Shown here: piece after piece, positions 1-8,276 of the stretch
How positions within the stretch are numbered: the stretch's first letter is position 1
Layout: every line of letters begins with the position of its first letter
Assembly: GCA_963722305.1 (NCBI GenBank)
Contig: CAVRKE010000002.1
Location: 40,566-104,565, forward strand
From: Candidatus Levyibacteriota bacterium
GTDB taxonomy: Bacteria > Patescibacteriota > Microgenomatia > Levybacterales > UBA12049
Reading direction: 5' to 3'
DNA length: 64,000 nt
Program-made: the position numbers and the translations under genes
Notes under the pieces: model-generated
Seen by the model: the letters and a program-made list of their open reading frames with translations, nothing else
Told to the model about the DNA's origin: nothing
The model's database searches: none

Positions 1-467
1 GGAAAATACATAGGATTACTACCAACGAGTACATATTTATCATAGACTTTTGCGATTCTACCCCAAAACGTTCCTTCTTCCGGAGCAGCAAGCGAACCAC
101 TATGTTCATAAACTATATATGTTTTCCCCGAATACAACCCATAAACCTTTAACCACTCTCCTCTTTTGACAGATTGCAACTCAAACATTTCGAAATGCTG
201 TGTTTCTATAATCTGCTCCAATTCTTCAAGTAATTCTTTGGCAAGTGAATCAGGATTTTTGAAATAATAGTTAACAATAAACGTTGTTCCTGAAGGCACT
301 TTAAAATCAAAAATCAACCATTCATTGAAAAGACCTGATACTGCTTCGATATTGTCCACATGCGGATCTATTTGCGTTTTCCCGAAAAACTCCTCCACAG
401 CTTTTCGCATAATGGATTCATCTTGACTTGCATACTCAATAATTTTACTCAAACGAACTTGCAACAT
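1..467 (-). CDS. Hypothetical protein, partial (C-terminus lies beyond the left window edge)
   Basis: Manual translation of the minus strand gives an open frame from ATG (reverse complement of cat at 465-467) running off position 1: MLQVRLSKIIEYASQDESIMRKAVEEFFGK... It is absent from the ORF track because no stop lies inside the window. No recognisable domain. Confidence 0.35.
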   Translation of the reverse strand, partial: MLQVRLSKIIEYASQDESIMRKAVEEFFGKTQIDPHVDNIEAVSGLFNEWLIFDFKVPSGTTFIVNYYFKNPDSLAKELLEELEQIIETQHFEMFELQSVKRGEWLKVYGLYSGKTYIVYEHSGSLAAPEEGTFWGRIAKVYDKYVLVGSNPMYF

Positions 468-675
468 ATGTATCTATTGTACTTGTAATATTTTTATCTA
501 ATCATTTTTTGTATCATTTTTCAATAAGATCCTATTACGTTTAATTTCATTTGACCCCAACGGGAGTTGAGCCATCGATCGAACCTAAACTCTCTGAGTA
601 TATACTTCAGCGTTTAAACTGTACCTTAACGATGTCCAATTTAGTATTAAAATGGTCATCGACAATTTTTAACTC

Positions 676-713
676 TTGACATAGTTTATAGTTTACTATA
701 AACTATAAACTAT
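676..713 (+). promoter_or_regulatory. Sigma70-like promoter (TTGACA 676-681, TATAAA about 17 nt downstream) overlapped by a 15-bp-arm inverted repeat ATAGTTTATAGTTTA-CTA-TAAACTATAAACTAT (681-713); putative autoregulatory operator
   Basis: Read directly from the sequence. The palindrome spans the -10 region and the ATG at 712 of the downstream HTH gene. Confidence 0.4.
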
Positions 714-1686
714 GAAAACCAATACTAGAAAACTGATCGTAGAATATATAAGGGAAAATAATCAACTTAGACCACATGACTTAGCTCGCCTACTTAAAAT
801 TAGTGGTACAGCAATCCATAAACAACTAAAAAAACTTATAGACGATGGTGAACTGGAAAAAATCGGCAAGCCACCTAAAGTGTATTACGTTTTAGCATTT
901 AAAAAAGTAACTAGGCCGGAGCTGATTAATCCGGCTTTACTTCGTACTATTAATGCAAGATATCTTTATATCTCTCCAACTGGAGAATCAAAAGAAGGAT
1001 GGGAAGGGTTTCAGGCGTGGTGCGAGAAAACAAAACAAGATCCAATAAAAACAGCGAATGAATACATCTCTACACTCAAGAAATTTGACAAGTTTAAAGA
1101 GAACGATCTCATTGACGGCATGCCAAAAATGAAAAGTACTTTTAATAAAGTTTATCTAGATAAACTTTATTATCTGGATTTTTATAGTATCGAAAGATTT
1201 GGGAAAACTAAACTTGGACAAATGCTTTTATATGCCAAACAAAGTCAAAATACAAATTTAATTAGCCAACTCATAGATCAAATCCGACCTAAAATAATAA
1301 AAATTATAAAAGAAAACTCAATTGACGGAATACTTTTTGTACCCCCAACTGTGAAACGAGAAATCCAGTTTATGAAAGAGTTGGAAAAACAACTAGCACT
1401 ACCGTCAAGAATTTTATCGGTGACAAAAATAAAAACGGAAATAATTGTACCACAAAAGACTCTTTCAAAACTTGAGGATCGAATTGAAAATGCAAGAAAA
1501 ACAATTATAGTTGACGACAAAAAAGAATATAAAAATGTGCTTCTTATTGACGACGCAGTTGGATCCGGCGCCACAATGAATGAAACGGCAAGACAAATTA
1601 AAAAAATGAGTTTGGCAAGTGGCGAAATTATCGGATTGGCTATTACTGGGAGCTTTAAAGGATTTGACGTAATTAGCGAAGTGTAA
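712..1686 (+). CDS. Winged-HTH plus phosphoribosyltransferase-domain regulator (PurR-like architecture)
   Basis: N-terminal wHTH (RPHDLARLLKISGTAIHKQLKKLIDDGELEKIGKPPKVYYVL). C-terminal PRTase PRPP-binding motif VLLIDDAVGSGATMNETARQI. Confidence 0.6.
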   Translation: MKTNTRKLIVEYIRENNQLRPHDLARLLKISGTAIHKQLKKLIDDGELEKIGKPPKVYYVLAFKKVTRPELINPALLRTINARYLYISPTGESKEGWEGFQAWCEKTKQDPIKTANEYISTLKKFDKFKENDLIDGMPKMKSTFNKVYLDKLYYLDFYSIERFGKTKLGQMLLYAKQSQNTNLISQLIDQIRPKIIKIIKENSIDGILFVPPTVKREIQFMKELEKQLALPSRILSVTKIKTEIIVPQKTLSKLEDRIENARKTIIVDDKKEYKNVLLIDDAVGSGATMNETARQIKKMSLASGEIIGLAITGSFKGFDVISEV

Positions 1687-1778
1687 TTTAGTCTTCTTAT
1701 CTCTTCTTATAAACCTCCATTAGATTCTTGAAATGAGCTAACAATGGTTCAAAATAAGGATTGCTGGCGGTACTCGTG

Positions 1779-2201
1779 CTATTCTCGAACCATATATTTG
1801 ACTAATTCCATTCCCGTTTTGACTTTTTCAAAACCAAATTTTTCGTAAAAAGAAATATTGGGAGGGTTTTCTTCCCAAGCGAATAATCCGATTGAAACAT
1901 ATCCCTTATCTTTTACTTTATCTATTAACATTTCCATAATTCTTGTTCCAATCCCCTTCCCCTGAAATTCAGGATGAACACAAATATCATAAAACATACA
2001 CATTACGCCATCTTCCATGATTCTTCCAAATCCCACCAGTGTATTTTGACTATAAGCGGTAACAATGTAGGTCGACTTTTCAAATATCTTTTGCCACTTT
2101 GCTTTATCTCTTTTCCAGCCTATCGCCTTAAATAATTCGTTAAGTTTCTCGATAGATACGCTTTCCGAATCGGAAAAAACTATATCATTTACTGCCGCCA
2201 T
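1779..2201 (-). CDS. GNAT family N-acetyltransferase
   Basis: Acetyl-CoA binding motif HPEFQGKGIGTRIMEMLIDKVKDKGY; about 140 aa, typical GNAT size. Confidence 0.85.
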   Translation of the reverse strand: MAAVNDIVFSDSESVSIEKLNELFKAIGWKRDKAKWQKIFEKSTYIVTAYSQNTLVGFGRIMEDGVMCMFYDICVHPEFQGKGIGTRIMEMLIDKVKDKGYVSIGLFAWEENPPNISFYEKFGFEKVKTGMELVKYMVRE

Positions 2202-2233
2202 ACTAATTCCATTATAGCAGTTTTTAACTAAAC

Positions 2234-2503
2234 CTTGACAAAAAACGCTTAAGAAGCTATCCTAAGAACGTTCTTTCGGGGTAATTGTGTAAGTCAAAAT
2301 CGGCGGTATACTCCGCGAGCCCAAAAGGCATGAGCTTTTGAAATTAAAGCAGCGACCGTCCTTCAATAAACTCAGGATGCTGAGCGAAGTCGAAGCATAT
2401 AGTCGGGACCGAGTCAAACTCGGCTGCGTGAAAGCAGAATAGAAAGAATTTTGAACGTTTTTAAGGCGTTCTTATTGCAATACCCCGAAGGGGGTATTTT
2501 TTT
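2234..2503 (+). promoter_or_regulatory. Promoter (TTGACA 2234-2239, 17-nt spacer, TATCCT 2257-2262) and ~235-nt structured leader ending in an intrinsic terminator (TACCCC-GAAG-GGGGTA + T7, 2481-2503) that also sequesters the SD-like GAAGGGGG; riboswitch/attenuator candidate of unknown class
   Basis: The terminator T-run abuts the ATG at 2504. Several internal hairpins (e.g. CCGAGT-CAAA-ACTCGG at 2409-2423). The downstream gene is an ECF-type S component, a gene class commonly under riboswitch control. Confidence 0.35.
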
Positions 2504-3085
2504 ATGAAAAAATTGACCACCCGCGAAATCGCTTTAGCTGCCGGCCTGGCTGCCATTTCGGCAGTTGTCCAATTAATTCACATCGGCTATCAATCACCGC
2601 AATTTGGGATGTGGATTGATTTTGTGGCAGTCACCTGGATTATCGGCATTTTCCTTTTTGGATCCCGCATGGCTTTTATCGTTTCTGTCGTCGGGACAAT
2701 TTTTATTGCTCTTTTTGCACCCGATACCTGGCTAGGCGCATCAATGAAATGGCTGGCAAGCTTCCCTGTTTGGTTTTTACTTGGAGTCTGGATTTTTAAA
2801 AAAGGCCAGGCTTTTGAGTATTATAAAAAATGGCAAAGGCTGCTTATTCCGCTTTTTATTGCCATTGTTATCCGCTGTTTGATTATTATTCCCCTGAACT
2901 ATTTCTACGCCATCCCGATTTGGACCGGCTTAAGTCCCACAAAAGCGATGGCGGTAATCCCCTGGCAAATAATCGCAGTCTTTAACATTATCCAAAGCTT
3001 CGTTGACGTCGGAGTAGCTTGGCTTTTGGTCTACAAATTTGGGCTAAACCGTTTTGCTCCTTTTAATCAGACAAAAAAAGACTGA
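2504..3085 (+). CDS. ECF-transporter substrate-specific (S) component-like membrane protein
   Basis: 193 aa, about 6 TM segments, N-terminus MKKLTTREIALAAGLAAISAV typical of S components. Directly followed by an ABC ATPase and a T-like protein. Confidence 0.45.
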   Translation: MKKLTTREIALAAGLAAISAVVQLIHIGYQSPQFGMWIDFVAVTWIIGIFLFGSRMAFIVSVVGTIFIALFAPDTWLGASMKWLASFPVWFLLGVWIFKKGQAFEYYKKWQRLLIPLFIAIVIRCLIIIPLNYFYAIPIWTGLSPTKAMAVIPWQIIAVFNIIQSFVDVGVAWLLVYKFGLNRFAPFNQTKKD

Positions 3086-3087
3086 AT

Positions 3088-3825
3088 ATGAAAAACGGAA
3101 TAATATTGCAGGATATTTCGGTAAGTTATCGGTCAGGGATTTCACAGCTTAAAAATATCTCCGTGCAAATTCCAAAAGGGACTTTTTTGGGCATTACGGG
3201 CGTAAACGGATCCGGAAAAACCACTTTCGCTCTACTTTTAAACGGACTTATCCCTCACGAAATACCGACGAAATTAAACGGAAATGTTTTTGTCGACGGT
3301 GTGAATACTAAGAAAAAACCGGTCGCTTATTTTGCCGATAAGGTTGGCATGCTTTTTCAGAACCCGGATTTTATGTTGTTTAACCTGACCGTTTTTGCTG
3401 AAATCGCTTTCGGACTTAGTAAGCAAACTGATATTGACAATAAAGTCTTCGAAGCTTTGGGAATGGTGGGTCTTAAGGGCTTTGAGAAACGCGATCCGCA
3501 AACCTTGTCTTTAGGCGAAAAGCAGAAGGTCTGCCTGGCAAGCGTCTTAGCCAGGGACTCTGAATATATCGTCCTTGATGAACCGGTGGCAATGCTTGAC
3601 TACAAAGGCGCAGTCAGTCTTTATGAACTGCTGATGAAACTGAATCGACACGGAAAAACGATTATTGTGATTGAGCATGATACGGATTTCTTACTTAAAT
3701 ATGCCAAACGGGTTGTAATTTTAGAACAGGGCGAAATAGTTTCTGCCGGAAAACCAACTTCCATTTTTTCACACAGAGAGCAATTGAAAAAATTAGGAAT
3801 CAAGATCCCCCAACCGATATTATGA
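3088..3825 (+). CDS. ABC transporter ATP-binding protein (ECF A component / CbiO-like)
   Basis: Walker A GVNGSGKTT, ABC signature LSLGEKQKV, Walker B IVLDEP, H-loop IEHD. Confidence 0.85.
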   Translation: MKNGIILQDISVSYRSGISQLKNISVQIPKGTFLGITGVNGSGKTTFALLLNGLIPHEIPTKLNGNVFVDGVNTKKKPVAYFADKVGMLFQNPDFMLFNLTVFAEIAFGLSKQTDIDNKVFEALGMVGLKGFEKRDPQTLSLGEKQKVCLASVLARDSEYIVLDEPVAMLDYKGAVSLYELLMKLNRHGKTIIVIEHDTDFLLKYAKRVVILEQGEIVSAGKPTSIFSHREQLKKLGIKIPQPIL

Positions 3826-4385
3826 AAAAATCCGTTACTGTTTTAAAAATTATTTTGCTTTTGGCAGTTAATTTTTTTGTGTTTTTGACAAAAAATATTT
3901 TTTTACTGTCCGGAATTTTTTTACTTATCACAATCATGCTCCTACCAACAAAGTACTCACTAATCAGTAGGCTAAAAGTAATTCTGCCAATTTGTTTGAT
4001 AATTTTGCTCTCGCAAATGATTTTTAATTCTGCCTTTTCTTTGGAACAACGTTTTATCTTTGGCTATCTTAGCTCAATACGTATTATTATTGTCAGCCTT
4101 TCGGTATTTGTGTTTTTGGCAACGACTGCGCTTTCCGAAATTGTCGCTGTCTTTAATTTTTTACCAAAAGATTGGCTATTGCTACTCACTATTACCTGCT
4201 ATCTAATTCCGGCGACATTAAGCGAAGTAGAACATATCCGCGTCGTCCAAAAATCGCGGACTGCTTATAAAAACCGCTGGAATGTTATCAAAAATATTGC
4301 TTCTTTGTTTGTACCTCTACTGCACCGAATTTTTAATCGGGCCGAGGTAATCTCCCTTACTATTGTTTCCAGAACTATTGAATAA
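3822..4385 (+). CDS. Small membrane protein, putative ECF T component (CbiQ-like, short)
   Basis: Start overlaps the ATPase stop by 4 nt (operonic). Multi-TM. Conserved-looking cytoplasmic stretch EHIRVVQKSRTAYKNRW. Only 187 aa, which is short for CbiQ. Confidence 0.4.
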   Translation: MKKSVTVLKIILLLAVNFFVFLTKNIFLLSGIFLLITIMLLPTKYSLISRLKVILPICLIILLSQMIFNSAFSLEQRFIFGYLSSIRIIIVSLSVFVFLATTALSEIVAVFNFLPKDWLLLLTITCYLIPATLSEVEHIRVVQKSRTAYKNRWNVIKNIASLFVPLLHRIFNRAEVISLTIVSRTIE

Positions 4386-4390
4386 CCCAC

Positions 4391-4999
4391 TTACGGATAC
4401 TGGTAGCAAAAGATGGCAAAGCGAAAGTCAGCAAACAGCAACCACCAAGCGGATACTATTATCAAAAGTGTCAGGATAACCCATCCCCATTTTTGCGCGT
4501 TCATGAATTTTCCAATCCCCAGCAGTGAAATCAAGCCAAAGACAATATAGAACAAGCTGATTCTTAGCAGAAAAGGAATTCGGGAGTAAAAGAAAAGCTC
4601 TGTGAACGGCAATACCAAGAACAATCCGCACAACACCCATTGCCACATTTTCTTAACCTTAGAGGCGAAAAAGTAATAGCCGGCGGCTAAGATTCCAAAA
4701 CCGCCGATAAACGGAAACAGTTCGCCCTGAAAAACAAAATCCCAAAAACGGAAATAGGTTTTAATAATTAACAGCAAGCCATCAACCAACTTGTTGTGGA
4801 AAAAACGGATTAGCAGAAATGGTAAGCCTGAATCTTGGCTCATTTCTCCCTGCAGTTGCAAAACCAGCGGCCCGAAATTGACATGCAAAAGCTCCTGGAA
4901 ATTCTTGCAATGGATAAGCCAGAAAATTAAATTTGCCAGTTCAACTGCAGCCGCCATTAATAAAAATAATAGCGTGATTTTTTTCTTCATAGTTTCCAA
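4391..4999 (-). CDS. Hypothetical integral membrane protein
   Basis: 202 aa, several hydrophobic helices, no recognisable motif. Confidence 0.4.
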   Translation of the reverse strand: METMKKKITLLFLLMAAAVELANLIFWLIHCKNFQELLHVNFGPLVLQLQGEMSQDSGLPFLLIRFFHNKLVDGLLLIIKTYFRFWDFVFQGELFPFIGGFGILAAGYYFFASKVKKMWQWVLCGLFLVLPFTELFFYSRIPFLLRISLFYIVFGLISLLGIGKFMNAQKWGWVILTLLIIVSAWWLLFADFRFAIFCYQYP

Positions 5000-6579
5000 A
5001 ATTGGGCAAAAATATCTTTATTTTGTCCCGGTAAATAAACAGTATCGATAATGTTCGGAGCTGATTTTATTCCATAATACGCACGGATATACAAGGTTGA
5101 ACCGGTTGTCCAATTTTTTGGTTTTTGCCAGGAAGGAGAAACGACCAACGGTTTAAATTTATCACCGGTATAAAATCCAAAATAAAGCGGTATTGTCGAA
5201 GCCCCCAAATTACTGTCAACCACAATATGCTGGAATTCTGGCTGGTATTTTACCGCTTTTGTGACCATTTGTTCATTCCCCGCTCCCCAATCAAGACTGT
5301 TGATAATCGGATAATGCTGGTAATAAAAGTGCAGATAAAAAATAAATTCATAAACAATAAACAACATTATTACGCAGGCTACTAAAATGCGTTTGCCTTT
5401 TAAAAGTTTTCCCATTGCCCAGAGAAAACCATAGGCAACCATTATCGTTAAAGGAACCACCATTAAAAGTGACCTTAACGTGTGGGGACTGGGTACTGTT
5501 GCGGCGGCAGAAAATGGAACAGCAAAGAGCAGGGCAAAAACTGTCAGACTGAAAGGACTTTTCCAGTTTTTGATAAAGAAATACAAACCGATAAGCAGAA
5601 ATGGAAATTCCCAATATGGCATCGGCCCAAAACCGGCTATTTGGTGTCTGCCGATTCCGTCGCCAACGTTAAACAGGAAATTTAAGGAAAAATAGGAAAG
5701 GTAGTTACTTAAAAACATTAGCGGGTAATGAATTATTTTTTCTATTAGCGAAAGATTTGCGTATTGGCTAAAAGCCGAAGTTTCCGCAAAGCGTGTCATG
5801 CCTGCTCCGGTCAGAGTAAACATAATCATTGGGGTAATTAAAATTACGAAAAATATTGAACTTAAGATAATTCCTTTGAGCATTTGTCTTTGTTTAACAA
5901 TAAAAATAACGGCAATAACTAAAAAAGTAGCCGGAACCAAAAGCCTGTAAGCATTATAGGAATAAGTCGTTAAAGCCAGAGATAAAAAGCTTAAAATGAG
6001 TAAGAATAACTGCTTTCTTTTATACGCCAAGATTGCACAAAGTAGTCCGAAAAGATAGAAAGGTAAAGCAATAGTGGCATCAAAACCGGCTCGGGAAAAT
6101 TGGAGGTGCCAGGGGGAAATCGCTAAAAAAAGAGTCGCCGTTAAAGCCAGAATCGGCGGAGCATGTGGCAAATATTTTTTACCAAGCTTGGCCAACTCTT
6201 CAACCAGCCAATAAAAAATTAAGAGTGTTAAAATTCCGCTAACCAGTGCCGGAAAACGGACGGCTAAGTCCGTTCTGCCAAAAATGGCAGTGCCTAAGGC
6301 TGAACCATAAACAAACGCCGGCATTTTATATTCGCCAAAAGCCTTAAACCACAACGGATATCTGACACCATGTTCATCTACGCCTTTAGTTAAAATTGTA
6401 TAGCCGTTATAAGCATCCGATATTTCATCGATGTATAAACCGGGGGGAACAGCCGGCACTTTATAAAGTCTTAAAAAAACACCCAGGGCAAAGATGAGAA
6501 AGAGAAACCAGTACTTATGTTTTTCCACAAAACCAACTGTCATCTCTCTCATTAAAGCCGAAGACCATTCAGAAGTCAA
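4987..6579 (-). CDS. GT-C fold membrane glycosyltransferase (GT39/ArnT/PMT-like)
   Basis: 530 aa polytopic protein with a first-loop acidic motif (PGLYIDEISDAYNGYTIL) typical of the ArnT/PMT_2 family. Confidence 0.6.
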   Translation of the reverse strand: MTSEWSSALMREMTVGFVEKHKYWFLFLIFALGVFLRLYKVPAVPPGLYIDEISDAYNGYTILTKGVDEHGVRYPLWFKAFGEYKMPAFVYGSALGTAIFGRTDLAVRFPALVSGILTLLIFYWLVEELAKLGKKYLPHAPPILALTATLFLAISPWHLQFSRAGFDATIALPFYLFGLLCAILAYKRKQLFLLILSFLSLALTTYSYNAYRLLVPATFLVIAVIFIVKQRQMLKGIILSSIFFVILITPMIMFTLTGAGMTRFAETSAFSQYANLSLIEKIIHYPLMFLSNYLSYFSLNFLFNVGDGIGRHQIAGFGPMPYWEFPFLLIGLYFFIKNWKSPFSLTVFALLFAVPFSAAATVPSPHTLRSLLMVVPLTIMVAYGFLWAMGKLLKGKRILVACVIMLFIVYEFIFYLHFYYQHYPIINSLDWGAGNEQMVTKAVKYQPEFQHIVVDSNLGASTIPLYFGFYTGDKFKPLVVSPSWQKPKNWTTGSTLYIRAYYGIKSAPNIIDTVYLPGQNKDIFAQFWKL

Positions 6580-6588
6580 TATTCGAAG

Positions 6589-7290
6589 TTAAACTCCGGG
6601 GGCCGGATTAGAAGGCGGCGGTGTCGGCGATGTTTCCGCGGGAGCCGCTGTCGCTTCAGCCGGAGCTTCAGTTGCTTCCGGTTGAGCTTCTGCAGCAGTA
6701 GGTGAAGCGGCAGAAGGTTCACCACGAGTTATTGGTATCTCTGTACGAATCCCAATACGTGCCCTATCTTCATAACCTTTGATTATCCTTGCTAGAGTTT
6801 CCAAGGCTGCTCTCGCTTCAGGTGATTCTGGCATTCCATTGGCCTCTGTATCTGTGGTTTTATCAAGTACTTCTCCTGCCTCTGATTGACCTGCTTCTGT
6901 AGCTGACGTTGCTGCTGAAGCATCTGTGGCAATTGCTTGATTCATTCCATGCAAAAGATCAGCTGCTTCTTGAGTCTGATTCGCATCCGCGGTAACTGAT
7001 GCATTCATGTCGTGTAAAAGGGCAGTCGCTTCAGCTACTGGACCTCCGGAAGGTGTAGCCAACACTTGACCTGCTTCTCCAGGTTGTCCTAAGATTACAG
7101 GATTAACTCCGGGTTCTCCAGCCGCTGGTTGAAAAACCGACGTATCCGGTTGCCTTGCTCCTGATGCTGATTGTACTCCCTCTACTGGCGCAGGCGTAGC
7201 AGCAATTGGACTCACATCTGGTTGTTGCCCTACTCCTGTTGGTACTTCTGATGTTCCTCCTGGTCCTCCCATATAATATAGTATGAACAC
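6589..7290 (-). CDS. Pro/Ala/Thr/Gly-rich low-complexity protein (hypothetical)
   Basis: 233 aa with internal repeat LLHDMNASVTADA / LLHGMNQAIATDA. Visibly GC-richer than flanking DNA. Confidence 0.4.
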   Translation of the reverse strand: MFILYYMGGPGGTSEVPTGVGQQPDVSPIAATPAPVEGVQSASGARQPDTSVFQPAAGEPGVNPVILGQPGEAGQVLATPSGGPVAEATALLHDMNASVTADANQTQEAADLLHGMNQAIATDASAATSATEAGQSEAGEVLDKTTDTEANGMPESPEARAALETLARIIKGYEDRARIGIRTEIPITRGEPSAASPTAAEAQPEATEAPAEATAAPAETSPTPPPSNPAPGV

Positions 7291-7321
7291 ACTGAGAAAG
7301 CTTTGTCAATATGAAAAAATT

Positions 7322-8173
7322 GGGTAATCCCACCCTGTTGGTACAAAATCGTTAGAATATGATTATGTACCATTTAAAACAAGTACCTACGGATGCCCAG
7401 ATTAAAAAGTTTCTCAGAAGAACTGTTTTTGGTAGAAATATCTTCTGTCCAAAGTGCAAATCCTGGAATATTGTTCGCTTTGAAAAAAGATACAGATGTA
7501 GACAATGTCAGATTAAGTTCTCGCTGTTTTCCCATACCTGGCTTTGCAATGTGAAGATTCCTTTGCAGAGATTTTGGTTAATTCTCTGGTGCTGGACAAA
7601 ACAAATGCCGGTTAAACAGACTGAAGATCTAACTTCTTTGTCTGAGAAGGGAGTCAGACATTACTTTGACTTGTTCAGAGAACAATTACCAAGAGATCAG
7701 AGGCTTCTAGAGCATATTGTCCAGCTTGATGAGGCCTACTTTGGCAGATTTGGTAATACCGCACTTCTCATGGGAAAGGAGAGAGGAACCAGAAAGCTTG
7801 CTTATCAAATCCTCTCCTCTGATGCCCCAGCGAAGAAAGATGCAATTGATTTTGTTAGAACTTACGTTAAACCAGAGTCTCAACTAAATACAGATGGCTC
7901 TACTATTTACAAAAATATTGATAAGTATTATCCTCTATTCCATATGACAGACATTCACAAGAAATTTGAGTTTACCAACACCTCTGAAATTGAAGGAATG
8001 TTTGGCGTTTTAAGGACTTTTATCCGGAGGATGTACCACCATGTCAGTGAAGAAAAGCTTGAAGAATATGTCTGTGAATTTTACTGCAGATTTTCCAGAC
8101 CGGAAATGTTTAAATCTCCTTACCATTACTTGCAAAACACGCTACATGCTTTACCAACAGGGTAGGAGAACCC
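7322..8173 (+). mobile_element. IS1595-family insertion sequence (ISXO2-like), 852 bp, with 22-bp imperfect TIRs (GGGTAATCCCACCCTGTTGGTA / reverse complement of TACCAACAGGGTAGGAGAACCC, 19/22 identical) and 8-bp direct target duplication AAAAAATT (7314-7321 and 8174-8181)
   Basis: The TIRs and the target-site duplication were read directly from the sequence. An 8-bp duplication is characteristic of IS1595. Confidence 0.75.
7359..8165 (+). CDS. IS1595-family (ISXO2-like) DDE transposase
   Basis: N-terminal Zn-finger CPKCKS...RCRQC. DDE-region motifs QLDEAYFG, NTDGSTIYK, FTNTSEIEGMFGVLRTFIRR. Confidence 0.8.
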   Translation: MIMYHLKQVPTDAQIKKFLRRTVFGRNIFCPKCKSWNIVRFEKRYRCRQCQIKFSLFSHTWLCNVKIPLQRFWLILWCWTKQMPVKQTEDLTSLSEKGVRHYFDLFREQLPRDQRLLEHIVQLDEAYFGRFGNTALLMGKERGTRKLAYQILSSDAPAKKDAIDFVRTYVKPESQLNTDGSTIYKNIDKYYPLFHMTDIHKKFEFTNTSEIEGMFGVLRTFIRRMYHHVSEEKLEEYVCEFYCRFSRPEMFKSPYHYLQNTLHALPTG

Positions 8174-8276
8174 AAAAAATTCTTAATGGTTTGAACTAAA
8201 TGTCTTCCGTGGTAAAGATATTCAATGGTTTGATTTCGTTTCACTCAATCAAACCACTTCGCTACACTTCGTTTGC

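Noticed and set aside
2300-2325. T-box-like GGTATACTCCGCG in the leader upstream of the ECF operon
   Set aside because: Poor match to AATTAGGGTGGTACCGCG. It lies about 160 nt from the terminator rather than forming the antiterminator.
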